A stretch of 64,000 bases of DNA, taken from contig CAXBPH010000004.1 of NCBI GenBank assembly GCA_963977445.1, positions 1,254 to 65,253 of the forward strand. Reading direction: 5' to 3'. Positions 1 through 8,729 of the stretch are shown piece after piece (the first letter of the stretch is position 1; each line of letters begins with the position of its first letter). A model generated the notes under the pieces. The model saw only the letters and a list, made by a program, of their open reading frames with translations. It ran no database searches and was not told the origin of the DNA. Source of the DNA: an uncultured bacterium. Its GTDB lineage: Bacteria > Hydrogenedentota > Hydrogenedentia > Hydrogenedentales > JAEUWI01. The translations under genes and the position numbers were made by a program.

Positions 1-2394
1 TCCGGCAGGCCGAGGTGGAGTAATCGCCAGGGAGCTGAGGGCGTCCCAATCGATATCCACCGCCGAAGGGTTGCCGAGGATGGCATAGATCGCACTTGCC
101 ACGGGGCCGACGTGCGTGCCCGCCTCAATGGCGTCCTGTCGCGATACGAATTCCCCCACCGCAGTGGCCGCCGGCAGGGTGGCAACCCACGCGGCCCAAA
201 GAGGGTCCGCCTCGGGGTAACGTAGCAACATCCGGTCGAGGCATTGGCGCGCGACGTCGGTGCTTCCCATGGTTTGGGAGATATGCACCAGTCGATGGGC
301 CAGGGTCGCGCGCAGTGGCGCACTCATGGGCTCCGCTTCGGATAAGTGAAACAGGAGGGTCTGGCGATAGGGGGCCATCACGTCTGCGGACCCGGTCGAT
401 GCCAGTTCCTCAAAGCGTGCCCAGTAGCGTTCCACACCAGGGTCCAGGGTGATGGCACGTCTCAGGGCCAAGACACTTTCCTCGTGCTCATCGGCCCGCT
501 GTGCGGACAACGCCATCACATATTCCATTTCTGGGTCGTGGGTTACGCCATGAAGGCGAGCCTTGGCAAAGGCTTCCATGGCCAAGCGGGCCTGCGTGCG
601 AGCAGACGCATCTTCCCCCTCGGGGAGGCCAAGCCAATATCGCCAACCCAGGACCGTGTAGGCATCACCGAGCTCAGGGCAAGCGCTGATAACACCCCGG
701 GCCAGTTCCTCTGCGCGGTTCAGCGTCGTTGTCCGCGCGGTACCCGTCACCGTGGAGGCTTGCTGGAGACAGGCCCGTGCCAGGCCCAGTTGGAGTCGCG
801 GCAGGTGGGGGTGGAGTCGCAGGGCCGACTCAAAAAATACCACGGCTTCCGCACCGTGGCCCTGGTCCAGGGCGAGGCTACCGAGGGCCATGGGGTGACG
901 GAAATCCCAGGGCGCCTTGCGTTGTGCTTCGAGAAAAAGTCGTTGGGCCGTGTTATCCAGTTGAAGGCGCTCATCAACGCTTATATCGCCATGTTCCGCC
1001 ATCCAGGCAAGGGCACCCTGACCTTGTTGATAGCGTCGTTCTGCCGTAAAATTCCACCAGGCTTCCAGACTATAGAATCCCACCAGGGCGACCAGGAGCA
1101 CGGCACCGACACGCATGGGAGGACCGGGACGTAGCCACCGTTCTGTGCCGTCGGCCTGCAGCCCAAGGAAGACCACGATAAGCGCGCCACTCACCGGAAC
1201 ATGGAGGTTGAATCCGAAGCACCCATCGACGGCGACGGCAAGCAGAGCGACCGGGAGGGTATAACGCAGTACGGCGCGTTCTGCGGGTCGGGCAAAGGGG
1301 GCATAGAGGCCATGGAGAAAAAGGAGGATCAGGAGAAAGAGGGCGGGGATGCCCCCTTCCACGGCAAACTCGAGCCATTCGTTGTGGACATGGTGATTGC
1401 GTTTGCCTTCGAGGGCATACCAGAGGGACTCAAAGGTACTCCACGTTGGTATGGAGAAGAACGTGTAATTGCCGGGCCCCACGCCGAGTAGCCAGTGGTC
1501 CAGAAATATGGCCGACGCGCCACCATAGGCGTGAAGGCGCAGTTGGAGCGAGTTGTCGAGAGGCAGCAGGGCGGGACGGAGCAGCACCACGGCCACGCCT
1601 GCCCCCAAGACCAGCGCCACCGCCACCAGACCAGTAAGCCACGCGGCACGGGGAGTCCAACGGCAACGAAGGCATAGGGTGACGCCGACAGCGAGAAGGC
1701 TTAACGCCAGTGCCACCACGCCCCCGCGCATGTGCGTGAGGTAGAGGTGGGTCATCAGGAGCAGCAGCACGGGAAGATAGACCAGCAGTACGTGGCGTTT
1801 GTTTTTTCGGTGCCAGGCATCGACGATGAGGCCACCACACAGCGTAATCGCAATCACCAGGGCGTGGCCCGCGAAATTGGGATGGCCATAGGTTGCCGGA
1901 AGTCCGCGATATTCTTCCCCCCGTTGCAGGGTCCAGGGAAAGGGGTCAATCCCCAGGTATTGGGCGATGCCATAAACGCTGGCAACGGCAACGGCACCGA
2001 CGATGACGCGGAAAAGATTGCGCAGGTGCCGGGGATGGGAAAATAATTGTTGTGCGTGGAGGGCCAGGGTGGCCGCTATCACCAGGGGAAGGAGGGCATG
2101 GAGACTGCGGGCGGGCGAGACAGAAAACAGGGCCGAAAGACTAAGCACCCCGAGAAGGGCGACCAACAAGGACGCCTGTATTCCCACCGGCCGAATGGAA
2201 AGGGTTTGGCGGACCGTGCCCACCGCCCAGACTCCGGTGATGAGCAGTGCCGCGCCTCCGCTTATCAATAGCTTTATGGGCGTCGCCGGATCTTCCGTAT
2301 AGGGATACAAACTCAGGACCAGCAGGACTATCCAGCTATAGAAGAGGCCCCGCATGACGCGGAAGCTGGGGTTGTCCGGTCCAGGAATGATCAT
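1..2394 (-). CDS. O-antigen ligase (Wzy_C) family membrane protein with a C-terminal TPR-repeat region. Partial: the 3' end lies beyond the window start.
   Basis: Manual translation of the minus strand from an ATG near 2394 gives one continuous ORF with no stop down to position 1 (MIIPGPDNPSFRVMRGLFYSWIVLLVLSL...). It has multiple TM segments and the O-antigen-ligase motif region '...HNEWLEFAVEGGIPALFLLILLFL...', followed by a helical TPR-like tail. It is missing from the ORF track only because it has no stop in the window. There is an in-frame TAA 19 codons upstream of the ATG. Confidence 0.7.
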   Translation of the reverse strand, partial: MIIPGPDNPSFRVMRGLFYSWIVLLVLSLYPYTEDPATPIKLLISGGAALLITGVWAVGTVRQTLSIRPVGIQASLLVALLGVLSLSALFSVSPARSLHALLPLVIAATLALHAQQLFSHPRHLRNLFRVIVGAVAVASVYGIAQYLGIDPFPWTLQRGEEYRGLPATYGHPNFAGHALVIAITLCGGLIVDAWHRKNKRHVLLVYLPVLLLLMTHLYLTHMRGGVVALALSLLAVGVTLCLRCRWTPRAAWLTGLVAVALVLGAGVAVVLLRPALLPLDNSLQLRLHAYGGASAIFLDHWLLGVGPGNYTFFSIPTWSTFESLWYALEGKRNHHVHNEWLEFAVEGGIPALFLLILLFLHGLYAPFARPAERAVLRYTLPVALLAVAVDGCFGFNLHVPVSGALIVVFLGLQADGTERWLRPGPPMRVGAVLLVALVGFYSLEAWWNFTAERRYQQGQGALAWMAEHGDISVDERLQLDNTAQRLFLEAQRKAPWDFRHPMALGSLALDQGHGAEAVVFFESALRLHPHLPRLQLGLARACLQQASTVTGTARTTTLNRAEELARGVISACPELGDAYTVLGWRYWLGLPEGEDASARTQARLAMEAFAKARLHGVTHDPEMEYVMALSAQRADEHEESVLALRRAITLDPGVERYWARFEELASTGSADVMAPYRQTLLFHLSEAEPMSAPLRATLAHRLVHISQTMGSTDVARQCLDRMLLRYPEADPLWAAWVATLPAATAVGEFVSRQDAIEAGTHVGPVASAIYAILGNPSAVDIDWDALSSLAITPPRPAG

Positions 2395-2727
2395 CGGGCG
2401 TATACCGTCTCCGGCTTTTCTGTGTAGGTTACGGTTCCAGGTTTTCTTGGTTAACAGCGCAGCAACGCCCCCTGCGTTGGGGGCCTGGTAGCCCATGGAG
2501 TGTACACTGCCCACGAGGAAAGAAAAAAGGGACGGTCGTGGAGTACGGTGATGGCACGCTCGCACCGAATTGCATAGCGACCTTCGTGGTGTAGAAAGTG
2601 CGCTCAGGTTTCACAGTTTGATCTAGTGGTGCAGATGCAATAGTATTCTTGGGGAGGGAGTAAGCGCGTTTCCAGCGATTTTTCCCGGTTGTTGTCGCAC
2701 AGTATCCGTGGAGGAGCCTGAACAAGC

Positions 2728-3963
2728 GTGCGGATACTATTTTTTTGCCAATACTTCACCCCGGAGATGGGGGCACCCGCTGCAAGGACGCACGAGCATG
2801 CGCGGCGTTGGGTTGAGCGGGGTCACGAGGTGACGGTCCTCTGCGGGCTACCCAACCATCCCGATGGCATTGTGCCCGAGGCCTATCGCGGCCATTGGCT
2901 GTATCGGGAAAACATCGACGGCATCAACGTCTTGCGCTGCTGGTTCTTTGTGGCACCCAACAAGGGTGTCTTCAAGCGCTGTGTCAGCTTTCTTTCCTTC
3001 ATGATGTCCGCCATATTTTTTGGCATAACATCCACAGGAAAATGTGATGTGGTCATCGGGACCACCCCGCAAATGCTCTGCGCCCTGGGCGGCTACATCG
3101 TGTCCGTCTTCAAACGTCGCCCCTTTATTCTGGAAGTGCGCGACTTGTGGCCCAAGCATATTATCGACCTGGGGACCATTACCAATCCCCTGATAATTCG
3201 TGGGCTTCAGGGACTGGAGTCGTTTTTGTATCGGCGCAGCAAGGCAATTGTTTCCGTCGCTGAAGCCTCCCGAAAATACATCGAAGACCGGGGCGTGGAT
3301 CCTGCGAAGCTGTACACCATTACCAACGGCATCGACGAGACTCTCTTTGTGCCCAAACCGAAAAATGGCCTGCGGACGGAATTCGGTTGGTCCGACAAAT
3401 TCGTTGTGCTCTACATCGGCACCCATGGTCTCTCTCAGGGGCTGGAGACCATACTCGACACGGCCGAACTTCTGGCAGGAGAGCCCCGGTATCATTTCGC
3501 TTTTGTCGGCTGTGGTGCCGAATGGGATACGCTCCGGGAAGCTGCTGCGGTGCGTGGACTCAAGAACATCGAGTTTCTTGCCCACCAGCAAAAAGCGCGC
3601 ATGCCCGATTTCTACGCAGCGGCCGATGTCTGCCTGGTGCCCCTGAAGAAGCGCGATGTTTTTCGCTACAACATTCCGTCGAAAATGTTTGAGATCATGG
3701 CCTGCGCACGCCCCATGATCCTCGGGGCTCATGGACAGTCTCGTCAACTACTCGAAGAGGCCAACGGGGGTCTGGCCGTCGAGCCGGAGGATGCAATCGC
3801 CTACCGGGATGCTATCCAGTACCTCGCCGAACACCCCGACCAAGCCGAAGTCTTTGGGGCCCGTGGGCGCGACCACGTTGTCGCCCACTACACGCGAAAC
3901 AGCAAGGCCGATGATTTTCTCGTTTGCCTGGAAGAAACGTTGGGCATTCGGCCACGGAAATGA
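2728..3963 (+). CDS. GT4-family glycosyltransferase (WcaI-like)
   Basis: 411-aa ORF with a GTG start and a GGAGG RBS about 13 nt upstream. N-terminus 'RILFFCQYFTPEMGA' and overall GT-B/GT4 architecture resemble WcaI-type glycosyltransferases. It is divergent from the O-antigen-ligase gene. Confidence 0.85.
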   Translation: MRILFFCQYFTPEMGAPAARTHEHARRWVERGHEVTVLCGLPNHPDGIVPEAYRGHWLYRENIDGINVLRCWFFVAPNKGVFKRCVSFLSFMMSAIFFGITSTGKCDVVIGTTPQMLCALGGYIVSVFKRRPFILEVRDLWPKHIIDLGTITNPLIIRGLQGLESFLYRRSKAIVSVAEASRKYIEDRGVDPAKLYTITNGIDETLFVPKPKNGLRTEFGWSDKFVVLYIGTHGLSQGLETILDTAELLAGEPRYHFAFVGCGAEWDTLREAAAVRGLKNIEFLAHQQKARMPDFYAAADVCLVPLKKRDVFRYNIPSKMFEIMACARPMILGAHGQSRQLLEEANGGLAVEPEDAIAYRDAIQYLAEHPDQAEVFGARGRDHVVAHYTRNSKADDFLVCLEETLGIRPRK

Positions 3964-4243
3964 TGGAGCCAGCGGGACACCATGGCTAAATAAGCGAAGG
4001 TAGACCTCGCTCAGATCCAGTTCCTTCGTTTCGACCGCGTGTGCAAGCGCTTAAAAAGGCCTACGTACGGGTGACTTGGCTACCATCGCTCAAAGCAGGC
4101 TTTGACAATTGGGAGCGCAGGCGGCCCGCCTGCCCGGGCCGAAGGCACGTTGTTTTTACGTCCTTGACGCAATGCCGACGCTCCAAGTCTGGAAGCTGGA
4201 AACCAAATGGCTTGGAAAGTATCTGAGATGAATCTTCGCTTAT

Positions 4244-4804
4244 CTAAAAGACGAAATTGGCGTCTACGTCATCCAAGCCCGGGGCATCGGCATCTTTCTG
4301 CGTAATGATGGCGGGTTCGATGGGCCAGACTATGCCGACCTTGGGGCAGCCATAATTCAGGGCGCGCTCGAAGTCCGGCGCATGATGGGTGGTGCACTTG
4401 TAGTGAACCAGACTGTCATCTTCCAAGGCGAGGAATCCATGGGCAAATCCGGCGGGCACCCAGAAGGACAAATGATTTTCCCCACTCAATTCGAGGCCGT
4501 GCCATTGGCCATAGGTCGGTGAACCCTTGCGCAGATCCACGGCAACGTCGTAGACCGAACCTTGCACGCATCGAACCAGTTTGCCCATGGCCTCCGGTTC
4601 AATCTGGTAGTGCAATCCCCGGAGGGTGCCTTTGGCGGACTTGCTCATGTTGTCTTGCATGAAGGCGGTGTCGAAACCCGCCTTGTGCCACATCATCTTG
4701 GAGTAGGTTTCTGAAAAGAATCCACGGTCATCGCCGATGACTCCAGTTTTTACAATGAGCAGCCCTTCAATGGGCGTAGTTTCGATGGTTACCGGCATGG
4801 GCAT
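4244..4804 (-). CDS. rmlC: dTDP-4-dehydrorhamnose 3,5-epimerase
   Basis: 186 aa with the cupin-fold RmlC signature (…GTLRGLHYQ…, HxxxxxF and conserved Y/K). ATG start. Confidence 0.9.
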   Translation of the reverse strand: MPMPVTIETTPIEGLLIVKTGVIGDDRGFFSETYSKMMWHKAGFDTAFMQDNMSKSAKGTLRGLHYQIEPEAMGKLVRCVQGSVYDVAVDLRKGSPTYGQWHGLELSGENHLSFWVPAGFAHGFLALEDDSLVHYKCTTHHAPDFERALNYGCPKVGIVWPIEPAIITQKDADAPGLDDVDANFVF

Positions 4805-4900
4805 GGGAAGAATTCCTTTGGATAGAGTTACTGCGAATCGCCATTCGGCGGGCCACCGACATGCTACAAGATCGACTGAATTGAATCAAGGTAATGGGGG

Positions 4901-5254
4901 TCATTCGCCCCGTTCGGGCCCATCAATCTGCCTGTCCGATTCGGGCGTACTGTACTTTTTGCGGAGGCGGATTTTCTCTGACTCTCTGTCGTAGATGGCC
5001 ACCGCCAGGGCCCACGCCCGGTCTTCCATCGTGTCCTGATCCATGGCTTGGGTATAAGAGTCTTCGCCTACATCGAGGATATATAAGGCCGAAAGGAGCT
5101 TTTGCGGCCGATATACGAGTAAGTACAAAATCCGCTCGAAAAGGGCTTCCAGCAGCAGTTGGCGATTGAGGTCATAGGGAGAAAGTCCGAGAGGCGCTAT
5201 CTTCCACTGTTCGACCAGGGCCGCTTCGGTGGCCTGTAAGATCGAGCCGTCCAT
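4901..5254 (-). CDS. hypothetical protein (117 aa), last gene of the STAS-kinase operon
   Basis: ORF starts 5 nt after the kinase stop on the same strand. No recognisable domain. Confidence 0.5.
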   Translation of the reverse strand: MDGSILQATEAALVEQWKIAPLGLSPYDLNRQLLLEALFERILYLLVYRPQKLLSALYILDVGEDSYTQAMDQDTMEDRAWALAVAIYDRESEKIRLRKKYSTPESDRQIDGPERGE

Positions 5255-5259
5255 CTCCC

Positions 5260-7263
5260 TTACTCGCTACGCTTACTCAATTGGGTCTCACGCATCCAGA
5301 ACCAGTACTCGTCCCGCTCCAGGTGCTTTTCCAATCGGCTGGGATGGCCCAGAAATTCGGCATACTGGGAAAACTTCTTTACGGTTGATGGGTCAGGAAC
5401 GGTACCCGCTGCTGCCAGTTCACCCAGCGTGAAGGACAACCACGCCATATCGGGCGCAAAATCAGGATACCCCGTTATATCGGGCCAGATAGCATTGGAC
5501 ACCTGCTGCAGGGGTTTCAAATTAACACCGGGAAGCAGATCGCCCAAGACGGTTTCCAACGCCAGCCGATCGTCCCGCCGGCCCCAGCCCACCGTGTCGG
5601 TTGGGTCCAGCCCATCAATTTTGGTCTGGAGATCCACCAATATGGATTCGTGCATCAGCTTCAGCAAGGCCCCCAGGGCGACAACATCACCCTGGGCGCG
5701 ATATATCTCTGCCCGAAGCAGGCGGGTCCGAAAGGTGTCACCATAAGCGGACAGGGCAGCCAAGGCGTCTTCGAAATTCTCCTGCGCACAGGCAACCCGA
5801 ACGACGGGCTCCAGGATTTGCTCCAAGGCGTCGGGGGCCTGTTTCAGATAGGCGTTGAGCACCACTTCCGCCCGACCATAATGGCCCTGACGCACCCACA
5901 AGTCGGTCAATCTTCGCACCGATTCAGAGCCCACCAAATCCCCTTTCAACCCCAGGGCTTTGGACAACTGCCGTTCCTCTTCGGCTTCATCATCGGTGCA
6001 GTGAAAATAGGAGGCCAGGGCCAGATGGAAGGCATAGGGACTTTCATCCTGGCCCTCCCGCAGTTTCCGCATGTGGATCGCCTGGTCATAGCCGTCCAAC
6101 AAGGTGATGGAGCGCATCTGCAACGCAATGTCCCGGGGCGTCGGATTGGGACACACGAGGGAAGTGGGCATCATGTCTAAGGCGTCCATCACACTGAGTA
6201 AGGCCACCGACAGGTCTTCATAGCTTTCCCATCGCTCTTCGGGCCGTTTGGCAAGACACTTCAGGATAATGCGTTCCAGCGCGGGCGGACAGATGTCGCC
6301 CACGGCGTTTCGAATCGACGGAACTTCCGCGGTCAGATGCTGTTGCTTCATGCGCACCAGCCGTTCCACGGTCGTGTCCCCCCGGACCAGGAAAGGGGGC
6401 ATGCCCGTGATGGCTTCATAGAGACAGCATCCCAGACCATAAATATCCGCGCGGAAGCTCACTTCGCTGGCGCGGAGAAATTGTTCCGGAGCCATATAGG
6501 CAGGTGTTCCAAAGATGGAGCCGATACGTGTTATATCCGTCGGCAGGTCCTCAAAAAAATCGGACTGAGATAGTTTTTCCAAGGTGTCGTCCGACATGGC
6601 CTTGGTGCGCACCAGGCCGAAATCCGTAATCTTCAATGTACCATCGGGCGCGATGAGCAGATTCTCTGGTTTGACGTCCCGGTGCACCAGCCCCGGCACG
6701 GCGCGGGTGGCGTGGATCATACCGGTGCAAAACTGGTGGCCCAAATCGAGCACATCGCGGGGGGAAAGGGGTCCTCGGTGTAATCGCTGAGAAAGGGAAT
6801 GCTCGTCGAGGTCATTTGACGGAACAAATTCAATAAAAAGGCAGGGGATGGCTTCGATAATATCCAGGCGCTGGGCGCACACCACATTGGGGTGGGTGCC
6901 GATGAGCATCCAGGTGCGGGCTTCACGGATGAAGCGCTGAAGTAGCTGGAGTTCGTGGCGGAAGCGCCGTTGGAGGGTTTTTACCGCGTAGGTGCGCCCA
7001 TGGTCGTCTTCCACGATATAGACGATACCCATGCCGCTGGTGCCGTGCCCCCCCCGAATATCCTTGATTTCAAAGCGGTCATCGAGACGATAGCCCAGGT
7101 GCCAGGCTTCTTCTAAATCGGGTACGGGCTCGCCCGTAATAAGTGTGGAAAGCGCGGCGGGGGTGGTTTTATCCGAATCCGGATCTTCGGCCATCAACGT
7201 ATCCCACAACTCAGGGCGGGATTTCAGAAAGGGTCGATGTTGTTCCGGGTTACTCGGTTGCAT
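5260..7263 (-). CDS. Hanks-type serine/threonine protein kinase with a roughly 350-aa C-terminal helical (TPR-like) domain. Cytoplasmic; no TM segment.
   Basis: Catalytic motifs HRDVKPENLLI, DFG and GTPAYMAPE are present. The track ORF begins at GTG 7269; the ATG at 7263 (MQPSNPEQ...) is the likelier start. Confidence 0.85.
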   Translation of the reverse strand: MQPSNPEQHRPFLKSRPELWDTLMAEDPDSDKTTPAALSTLITGEPVPDLEEAWHLGYRLDDRFEIKDIRGGHGTSGMGIVYIVEDDHGRTYAVKTLQRRFRHELQLLQRFIREARTWMLIGTHPNVVCAQRLDIIEAIPCLFIEFVPSNDLDEHSLSQRLHRGPLSPRDVLDLGHQFCTGMIHATRAVPGLVHRDVKPENLLIAPDGTLKITDFGLVRTKAMSDDTLEKLSQSDFFEDLPTDITRIGSIFGTPAYMAPEQFLRASEVSFRADIYGLGCCLYEAITGMPPFLVRGDTTVERLVRMKQQHLTAEVPSIRNAVGDICPPALERIILKCLAKRPEERWESYEDLSVALLSVMDALDMMPTSLVCPNPTPRDIALQMRSITLLDGYDQAIHMRKLREGQDESPYAFHLALASYFHCTDDEAEEERQLSKALGLKGDLVGSESVRRLTDLWVRQGHYGRAEVVLNAYLKQAPDALEQILEPVVRVACAQENFEDALAALSAYGDTFRTRLLRAEIYRAQGDVVALGALLKLMHESILVDLQTKIDGLDPTDTVGWGRRDDRLALETVLGDLLPGVNLKPLQQVSNAIWPDITGYPDFAPDMAWLSFTLGELAAAGTVPDPSTVKKFSQYAEFLGHPSRLEKHLERDEYWFWMRETQLSKRSE

Positions 7264-7272
7264 AACCACCTG

Positions 7273-7620
7273 CTACGTAGGTTCGTTGTCGAAGCCCTGC
7301 CGTGCGACCTCAATGTCGTCAAAAATATCGAACATTGCAGAAAAATTGCTGATTTCAAATACTTCGGCCACAAAAGGGCTCAGTTTGCAGAGTCGTAAGG
7401 GCCGCTGTTGTTTCTTCATGGCCTTGGATAACATCAGTAGAATCCGCAACCCGCTGCTGCTGATATATTCCACGCCGGCCATATCCACAATCACCCCAAC
7501 GGATTCTTCATGGAGCGTTTTGGTAAAAAACGCTTCCACTTCCGTCGTGGCCAACTCGTCCAAACGCCCCGTCAGGGAGATAATGGTTACTTGTTCCGTA
7601 GATTCCAGCGCTATTTGCAT
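7273..7620 (-). CDS. STAS-domain protein (anti-sigma-factor antagonist, SpoIIAA-like)
   Basis: 115 aa. The segment 'LTGRLDELATTEVEAF…VIVDMAGVEYISSSGLRILL' is typical of STAS domains, including a conserved Ser in the phosphorylatable position. Its stop lies a few nt upstream of the kinase start. Confidence 0.8.
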   Translation of the reverse strand: MQIALESTEQVTIISLTGRLDELATTEVEAFFTKTLHEESVGVIVDMAGVEYISSSGLRILLMLSKAMKKQQRPLRLCKLSPFVAEVFEISNFSAMFDIFDDIEVARQGFDNEPT

Positions 7621-8241
7621 GGGTGCTTAGTTCACTCCTGTGTATTCAACAACGTACCCCGTCAGTGTAGCGGATTTTCCTGCAGTTGGGCTACTTTTGT
7701 CTCAGTCTTTCCCCGGCTGGCGGCTTGGGAACCCTGAGTTCTGCGATTGCCGGCGCACCGACCGGATATTTCAAGTGCGCAATTGTAGCCTTGGGAGAAA
7801 TGATGTTGTACCATTTATTGTAGAAAGAAACGGCGACTTCGCAATTACTGCGAGCGGGGATAGTAACTATACGCTGGTTTTCGCCACACCTCGCCCCGGG
7901 GGCTTTTCAGACTCTTATGTATACGATATTTATATGGCAGGTGTTGGACCGGACGGCAATTGACTTGGGCGGAGGGCACGGGCCGTATAGTATCGTTTTG
8001 AGATCTTGGTGTAGTCTTTCGGGACCGTTTTTCGGAATCTATGCGGCCTACAATGGTTAGGGTGCGCCAATCGTCGCTCCAAGTGACTGCAATCAGGTCT
8101 CTTAGTCGCAAAAGGAAAAGTTGGCACGAATGGCGCTTATACCAACCTATGCGCAACGAAGCGCAGGGTCAGGAACGTGGGACAGCCCACGGATGCAGGA
8201 AGTCGAACAAGTTTCCCAAAAGGGAAACGGAGGAACACATC

Positions 8242-8460
8242 ATGAAAGACATCAAGGTAAACGATCTGGATGAAACGAAGAAGTCTGCCGAAGTGGAAAT
8301 GACCGAAGAAGAGTTGAATCAGGTGAAGGGTGGCGGATTGCTTCTTCCGGCGGTGCAGAAAGTGCGCGAAGCGGCGAGAAGCACCACCACAACCGCGAAG
8401 CTCGGCGACGGTTCGGTGCGCACCTTTAATGGTGCGCAGGGTGATGAAGGTAGCATGTAA
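8242..8460 (+). CDS. small (72 aa) double-glycine-leader peptide precursor (bacteriocin/RiPP-like), orphan
   Basis: Internal ATG at 8242 preceded by GGAGG with 9-nt spacing. The N-terminal 32 aa are acidic with no hydrophobic stretch and end 'TEEELNQVKGG', which matches the LSxxELxxIxGG leader consensus. A strong terminator follows. The upstream part of the longer track ORF (8041..) is not protein-like. Confidence 0.55.
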   Translation: MKDIKVNDLDETKKSAEVEMTEEELNQVKGGGLLLPAVQKVREAARSTTTTAKLGDGSVRTFNGAQGDEGSM

Positions 8461-8481
8461 TTAATAGCGCGGTCACCCGGT

Positions 8482-8533
8482 CGGACCTGCCCCGCCATGT
8501 CGAAGACGTGGCGGGGCAGGTCCGTCTGTTTTA
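8482..8533 (+). terminator. rho-independent terminator
   Basis: Perfect 16-bp GC-rich inverted repeat (cggacctgccccgcca / tggcggggcaggtccg) with an 11-nt loop, followed by tctgtttta. Confidence 0.6.
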
Positions 8534-8729
8534 GGGCGAAGGACTTTCGGGCAACGCACTACCCGCCACCTGTCACGACCATCAGAAACAGCGAAGCGGC
8601 CTAACGTAGGTTAGGCGTCTCGCCTGACCCGTCGTAAATCTATCTTTCCAATAGTAGCTTTGCTGTTGGCTTGACTACGCCGAGTTCCACGACTTAGCCC
8701 CTCGGTGGCGCTCCACGGACCAGAGCAGG

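Noticed and set aside
346-2302. Several plus-strand ORFs (346..1134, 1732..2046 and others) over the first 2.3 kb.
   Set aside because: They are antisense to, or out of frame with, the continuous minus-strand O-antigen-ligase/TPR ORF. Their amino-acid compositions (Arg/Gly/His/Pro-rich) are not protein-like.
7950-7990. Possible sigma70-like promoter TTGACT…TATAGT.
   Set aside because: The spacer is about 20 nt, which is too long, and it is about 280 nt from the nearest start. Not supported.
8041-8241. Upstream 67 codons of the track ORF 8041..8460.
   Set aside because: The composition is not protein-like and there is no RBS. The internal ATG at 8242 has a canonical GGAGG RBS.
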